This document shows, one piece after another, positions 59,735-64,000 of a DNA stretch of 64,000 nucleotides (the stretch's first letter is position 1; every line of letters begins with the position of its first letter). The notes beneath the pieces are model-generated. The model searched no databases. It was given only the letters and a program-made list of their open reading frames with translations, and was not told the DNA's origin. Source of the DNA: an uncultured Muribaculaceae bacterium. GTDB lineage: Bacteria > Cyanobacteriota > Vampirovibrionia > Gastranaerophilales > Gastranaerophilaceae. The stretch spans positions 23,235 through 87,234 of the forward strand of contig CAZVBZ010000004.1 in assembly GCA_964626145.1 (NCBI GenBank), read 5' to 3'. A program made the translations under genes and the position numbers.

Positions 59735-61024
59735 ATGAAATGTAGTAAATGTGGTGTGGATTTTGAAACATATCAGTGTGGAAACATAAAAATAAACTAT
59801 TGTAAAAAGTGTAAATCTGTTTGGATTAAATATCCAATGCTAAAAAAATTATCCGAAAGCTTAGATTTAAAAACACCTATATTAAATCCTGTTGAAATGG
59901 AGGCTGTAAGAGTTAAAGAGGAGGTTGCTCCTTGTCCAGAATGCGGCGGAAAAACAGACAAAGTATATTTAGGGGTAATTCTTGATAAATGTACTCTTTG
60001 TAATGGAATCTTATTTGATAATGGGGAACTTGCAAAATTTTTTAAGAGTTACATGAGGCAAGACCCTGGAGTTATTGGAAATATTGAATTTCTTCAAAAA
60101 TATTGTTCTAATTCCCGTGTTCACACAAAATCAAACAATATCCCTGAAATAGAAATTCAAAGCAAAGAGACAGAAAAACCAGTAATTTCAGTAAATGGTT
60201 TTTTTATGATATTTATACTTTTTGTAGTGCTTTTATTTAGTGGATTGTTTCTTCTTATTGATGCTCTTTCTGCATTATCTTGCATAGGAGTATTTTTGTT
60301 TGCTATTATGCTACCAGGGTTTAAGCTCTTAAAACCACAAGAAGCAATGGTTCTTACTGTGTTTGGAAAATATATTGGCACCCTGAAAGGCGCAGGTTTT
60401 TATTATGTAAATCCCTTTGCAAGAAGTGCTACTGCGCTGATGTCTCCGATTTCGTTAAAGGCAAGGACGCTTGATAATGGCAAACAAAAAATTAACGATG
60501 AAATGGGTAATCCTATAGAAGTTGGAATTATTGTAATTTGGGAGGTTCAAGATACCGCCAAAGCTATTTTTAACGTTGAAGATTATAAATCATTTCTATC
60601 CTCACAAAGCGATTCTGCGCTAAGAAATATTGTTAGAATGTATCCTTATGATGCACAGGAAGACTCTGGCATAACTTCTTTAAGGGGAGATAGTCGTGAA
60701 ATTTCACAAAAATTAAAAGAAGAAATTCAACACAATGTAAAAGTTGCAGGGCTTAATATTATCGATGCGAAAATTACGCACCTAGCCTATGCGCCAGAAA
60801 TCGCAGCAGCAATGCTACAAAGACAACAAGCATTTGCAATTATTGATGCGAAAAAAGCTATTGTAGAGGGGGCTGTGGGCATGGTTGAAATGGCTTTGAC
60901 AAAGCTGAAAGATAATAATGACATATCTATGAGTAATTCCGAAAAGGTCAAAATGATAAACGATTTGCTTGTAATTTTGTGTAGCGGCAAAGAAGCCCAG
61001 CCGGTCGTTAAAAGCGGAGTGTAA
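59735..61024 (+). CDS. SPFH/band-7 membrane protein with two N-terminal zinc-ribbon modules
   Basis: CSKCG...CKKC and CPECGG...CTLC, then a TM segment, then an SPFH domain. Start placed at the Met preceded by RBS aaaggag; the table ORF begins at 59717. Confidence 0.65.
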   Translation: MKCSKCGVDFETYQCGNIKINYCKKCKSVWIKYPMLKKLSESLDLKTPILNPVEMEAVRVKEEVAPCPECGGKTDKVYLGVILDKCTLCNGILFDNGELAKFFKSYMRQDPGVIGNIEFLQKYCSNSRVHTKSNNIPEIEIQSKETEKPVISVNGFFMIFILFVVLLFSGLFLLIDALSALSCIGVFLFAIMLPGFKLLKPQEAMVLTVFGKYIGTLKGAGFYYVNPFARSATALMSPISLKARTLDNGKQKINDEMGNPIEVGIIVIWEVQDTAKAIFNVEDYKSFLSSQSDSALRNIVRMYPYDAQEDSGITSLRGDSREISQKLKEEIQHNVKVAGLNIIDAKITHLAYAPEIAAAMLQRQQAFAIIDAKKAIVEGAVGMVEMALTKLKDNNDISMSNSEKVKMINDLLVILCSGKEAQPVVKSGV

Positions 61025-61126
61025 TTTTAAATGTAATTGTTGGAGTTCATTTTTAACAATATTAGGTGACCGATAAACACAAAATAGGACAGTTATTAAC
61101 TAGTTTCATAGTTCTGGCAAAAAAAG

Positions 61127-61156
61127 AATAAAAAACCTCCGTAAAAGGAGGTTTTT
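61127..61156. terminator. bidirectional terminator (SPFH gene / tRNA-Leu)
   Basis: aaaacctcc/ggaggtttt hairpin flanked by A and T runs. Confidence 0.65.
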
Positions 61157-61161
61157 AAAAA

Positions 61162-61245
61162 TGCCGAAGGCCGGACTCGAACCGGCACGTGGTTGCCCAC
61201 ACAAGATTTTGAGTCTAGCACGTCTACCAATTTCATCACTTCGGC
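61162..61245 (-). tRNA. tRNA-Leu(CAA), type II (long variable arm); CCA not encoded
   Basis: Reverse complement gives GCCGAAGTGATGAAATTGGTAGACGTGCTAGACTCAAAATCTTGTGTGGGCAACCACGTGCCGGTTCGAGTCCGGCCTTCGGCA, near-identical in fold to canonical bacterial tRNA-Leu(CAA). 7/7 acceptor stem, perfect T arm, one U-U mismatch in the anticodon stem. Confidence 0.85.
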
Positions 61246-61500
61246 GCGAATACTTGTAGCAAAAGCCTATTTCAAGCTTTTTCTGTTCAGTTCAAACAGT
61301 TTACCACAACAGCAAAATATTTAATTTTCAATGCTTGATTAAATTTTATCAAGAACAAATTTTTAAATCAATACTTAAAATAAAAACCCCATAGTTGTGG
61401 GGTTTAGGAGTTTAAGTGTTAAGGAGTTTGTTTTTTTAGACGAAAAACCATTAAAAAAGTTTCAAATTGCGAGTGTAAAATTTTGAGTTATAATTTATGT

Positions 61501-63387
61501 ATGTTTAATTATGATGTAATTGTAGTTGGCGCGGGGCATGCCGGTTGTGAAGCCGCGGTATCTGCCGCAAGATTGGGTCAAAAGGTTCTTTTGACAACAC
61601 TTAATATAGAAAATATTGCACTTATGCCGTGTAATCCTGCCGTGGGAGGTCCGGCAAAGTCTTGTCTGGTGCGGGAAATTGATGCACTCGGTGGAGTTAT
61701 GGGTGTTGTTGCAGATGCAACTTATATTCAAATGAAAATGCTTAATCGCTCCAAAGGTCCTGCAGTTCGCGCTTTGCGCGCTCAGTCCGATAAAAAAGAA
61801 TACATGCGCTTTATGCGCCATTTAATTGAATCAGAAAGCAATTTGAGCCTTAAACAATGTATGGTTACAGCTTTGCTGGTTGAAAATGGTAAAGTCTGTG
61901 GAGTCGTTGACGAATTAGGGTTGGAATACCGCGCTAATGCTGTAATTTTAACTACCGGTACTTCTCTCGATGGTAAAATTTGGATTGGTTTGCAGTCTAT
62001 TTGCGCAGGACGGTTGGGCGAAGCCGCCGCCGTTGGGCTGTCAGATAGTTTGAGAGCGTGTGGGCTAAACGTTCAAAAGCTTAAAACTGGAACCCCGGCG
62101 CGAGTTGATAGTCGTACAATTGATTATTCTAAAATGACGGTTCAGCCAGGCGATGACGAACTTAATTTCTTTTCCTTTTTGCCGAATCGCCCTGTGCGAC
62201 CGCAAATTCCTTGTTACTTAACAAGAACTAACGCACGAACGCATGAAGTTATTCGCCAAAACCTTGATAAATCGCCAATGTACACTGGGCTTATCCACGG
62301 AAAAGGTCCTCGTTATTGCCCTTCTATCGAAGATAAAATCGTACGCTTTGCCCAGAACCCGTCTCACCATATTTTTATTGAGCCAGAGGGCAAAGACACC
62401 TACGAAGTTTATGTACAAGGCTTTTCAACCAGTTTGCCGGCAATGGCACAAATAGAAATGCTGCATACCTTGCCCGGATTGGAAAAAGTTCATGTAATTA
62501 AACCAGCTTATGCCGTTGAGTATGATTATGTGCCCGCGGTGCAACTTTCGCATACGCTTATGACGAAAAAAATTCAGGGATTATTTTGCGCCGGTCAAAT
62601 TAATGGTACAAGCGGCTATGAAGAAGCAGCCGCACAAGGGTTGATTGCCGGAATCAACGCGTCTTTGTACAATGATAATCGAGAGATGATAACGCTTTCA
62701 CGTATGTCGTCGTATATTGGTACGCTTATTGATGATTTAGTTACAAAAGATATTGATGAACCTTACAGAATGCTTACCTCTCGTTCTGAGTACAGATTGA
62801 TTTTGCGCCAAGATAATGCTGATATGCGACTTACTGAAATAGGGCATAAGGTTGGGCTAATAAGCGATTTGCGCTTTAAGCTGTTTAATGATAAAAAAAT
62901 TGCCGTAGAAAATGAAATTGCGCGCTTAAAAAGCACAAAAGTTTCACCAACAGAAGAAGTTTTGTCGATTTTGGCAAAATACGGGGAAAGTCTTGATAGA
63001 GGCAAAAAACTTGCAGAGCTTCTAAAACGTCCGACATTAAATTATGACGCGTTAAAAGAACTTGACCAAGAAACGAAAGATTTAAATTTATCCCGAGAGG
63101 TGTATGAGCAAGCAGAGATTGAAATTAAGTACGATGGCTATTTAAAACGTCAGCAAGAACAAATTGATATTTCAGATAAATTGGAAAAGATAAAAATTCC
63201 CGCGGATATTGATTATCGAGCGATTGCGCAGATTTCAACTGAAACAAAGGATAAACTTGAAAAAATTCGTCCTGTTACACTGGCGCAAGCATCGCGTATT
63301 GGGGGCGTCAAACCCGCGGATATATCTGTTTTGATGGTTATTTTAGAAACGCATAAAGCTCCAACTATTACTCAAAGTAAAGCTTAA
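61501..63387 (+). CDS. mnmG: tRNA uridine 5-carboxymethylaminomethyl modification enzyme MnmG (GidA)
   Basis: MFNYDVIVVGAGHAGCEAA FAD motif and full-length MnmG similarity; the table ORF begins at 61483. Confidence 0.95.
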   Translation: MFNYDVIVVGAGHAGCEAAVSAARLGQKVLLTTLNIENIALMPCNPAVGGPAKSCLVREIDALGGVMGVVADATYIQMKMLNRSKGPAVRALRAQSDKKEYMRFMRHLIESESNLSLKQCMVTALLVENGKVCGVVDELGLEYRANAVILTTGTSLDGKIWIGLQSICAGRLGEAAAVGLSDSLRACGLNVQKLKTGTPARVDSRTIDYSKMTVQPGDDELNFFSFLPNRPVRPQIPCYLTRTNARTHEVIRQNLDKSPMYTGLIHGKGPRYCPSIEDKIVRFAQNPSHHIFIEPEGKDTYEVYVQGFSTSLPAMAQIEMLHTLPGLEKVHVIKPAYAVEYDYVPAVQLSHTLMTKKIQGLFCAGQINGTSGYEEAAAQGLIAGINASLYNDNREMITLSRMSSYIGTLIDDLVTKDIDEPYRMLTSRSEYRLILRQDNADMRLTEIGHKVGLISDLRFKLFNDKKIAVENEIARLKSTKVSPTEEVLSILAKYGESLDRGKKLAELLKRPTLNYDALKELDQETKDLNLSREVYEQAEIEIKYDGYLKRQQEQIDISDKLEKIKIPADIDYRAIAQISTETKDKLEKIRPVTLAQASRIGGVKPADISVLMVILETHKAPTITQSKA

Positions 63388-63388
63388 C

Positions 63389-64000
63389 CTAGAATTTCTT
63401 TATCGGATAGTCGTCCGGGAATTTCCAACCGTTGGTGATAATAGTATGTGCGCAACTCATTCCTTCGGTATTTGGCGCGCAGCTGTTAGAAGTTTCGTAA
63501 AATCCGTATGGACCGAATTTAGACGGAGTGAGGATATAATGCAAGAATGTAAAAATATCATTGCCTACTATGTTTGGACCTTTAAACCCATTTAAATCAA
63601 CTAAATAATAAACGCGTTGTATTGGGCGGGAGCCAATGTGAACTAGCATTCCATTGTCTAGCATTATGCTGTAGCTCAAAATGTAAAACGGGGCGTCTGA
63701 CAATTTTCTTCCGTTCATAAATTGTGGATTGTAATTATTATAGTCCGTTGATTTTTGTAGAGATTTGTTCTGGTCTTTTGTTTTAACGTATGGGATAAAA
63801 TATTTTTTAATGTAAGTTATGCGGCTGGCATAATCCCACGTACTTGGCTCTCCGTGCTCTGCAATCGCCATTTTGTTTGCGTTTTGTAGAATAGAATAAG
63901 CAACTTGGAGTTGAGAAATTCGCTCTTGCTTTTTCCATTTTTGGGTTAAATTCGGCACAGTCATCGCCGCAATTACTCCAATAATTGTTAAAGTAATCAA
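63389..64000 (-). CDS. type IV pilin-like protein copy 3 (partial; 5' end beyond the window)
   Basis: ...ITLTIIGVIAAMTVPNL... N-terminal helix and a C-terminal CAHTIITNGWKFPDDYPIKKF motif shared with copies 1 and 2; the central region is divergent. Confidence 0.7.
   Translation of the reverse strand: MITLTIIGVIAAMTVPNLTQKWKKQERISQLQVAYSILQNANKMAIAEHGEPSTWDYASRITYIKKYFIPYVKTKDQNKSLQKSTDYNNYNPQFMNGRKLSDAPFYILSYSIMLDNGMLVHIGSRPIQRVYYLVDLNGFKGPNIVGNDIFTFLHYILTPSKFGPYGFYETSNSCAPNTEGMSCAHTIITNGWKFPDDYPIKKF

Noticed and set aside
1-64000. CRISPR arrays, IS elements, transposases, integrases, prophage genes
   Set aside because: No direct-repeat/spacer arrays, no DDE or serine/tyrosine recombinase ORFs and no terminal inverted repeats were found. 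The only long repeat is the pilin 5' module.

Overview
This 64-kb window is AT-rich (roughly one-third GC by eye) and densely coding, and it reads as core bacterial chromosome rather than a mobile island. Recognisable housekeeping genes include rpsB-tsf, dnaN, thrB, gatB, prfA, thyX, rpmE, rpsT, grpE-dnaJ, ftsH, mgtE, polA, rseP, aspS, typA, murJ, mnmG, a pgpH-ybeY-dgkA block and one tRNA-Leu(CAA). No CRISPR array, transposase, integrase or rRNA was found. Gene content (rubrerythrin, ThyX, Fe-S oxidoreductases, spmA/spmB, a SpoIID-like protein, many type IV pilin-like paralogs) suggests an anaerobic, low-GC, possibly uncultivated lineage; I cannot name it from sequence alone.

The most unusual signal is a family of three paralogous type IV pilin-like genes (copy 1 at 4675-5572 on +, copy 2 at 33246-34122 on -, copy 3 partial at 63389 to past 64000 on -). 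Copies 1 and 2 share a near-identical ~240-bp 5' module. That module holds a conserved near-consensus sigma70-like promoter and a 19-codon leader ORF, and it ends in a homopolymeric C tract of 12 C in copy 1 and 7 C in copy 2. As sequenced, the tract separates the start codon from the prepilin body by exactly +1 nt in both copies. This looks like a slipped-strand phase-variation switch or a programmed +1 frameshift at poly-proline codons. Because the two copies are in inverted orientation, they are also a potential substrate for inversion of the intervening ~28.5 kb or for gene conversion.

Other points of note:
- an oriC-like AT-rich region with three TTATCTACA DnaA-box-like 9-mers immediately upstream of dnaN;
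- a small secreted Cys/Lys-repeat protein;
- an unexplained GC-rich, structured-looking intergenic element upstream of spmA;
- a CA-microsatellite-containing, ORF-less, terminator-bounded region upstream of typA;
- two diverged paralogous small HTH proteins;
- domain-architecture oddities in the Fe-S oxidoreductase, the malic enzyme and a zinc-ribbon/SPFH fusion.
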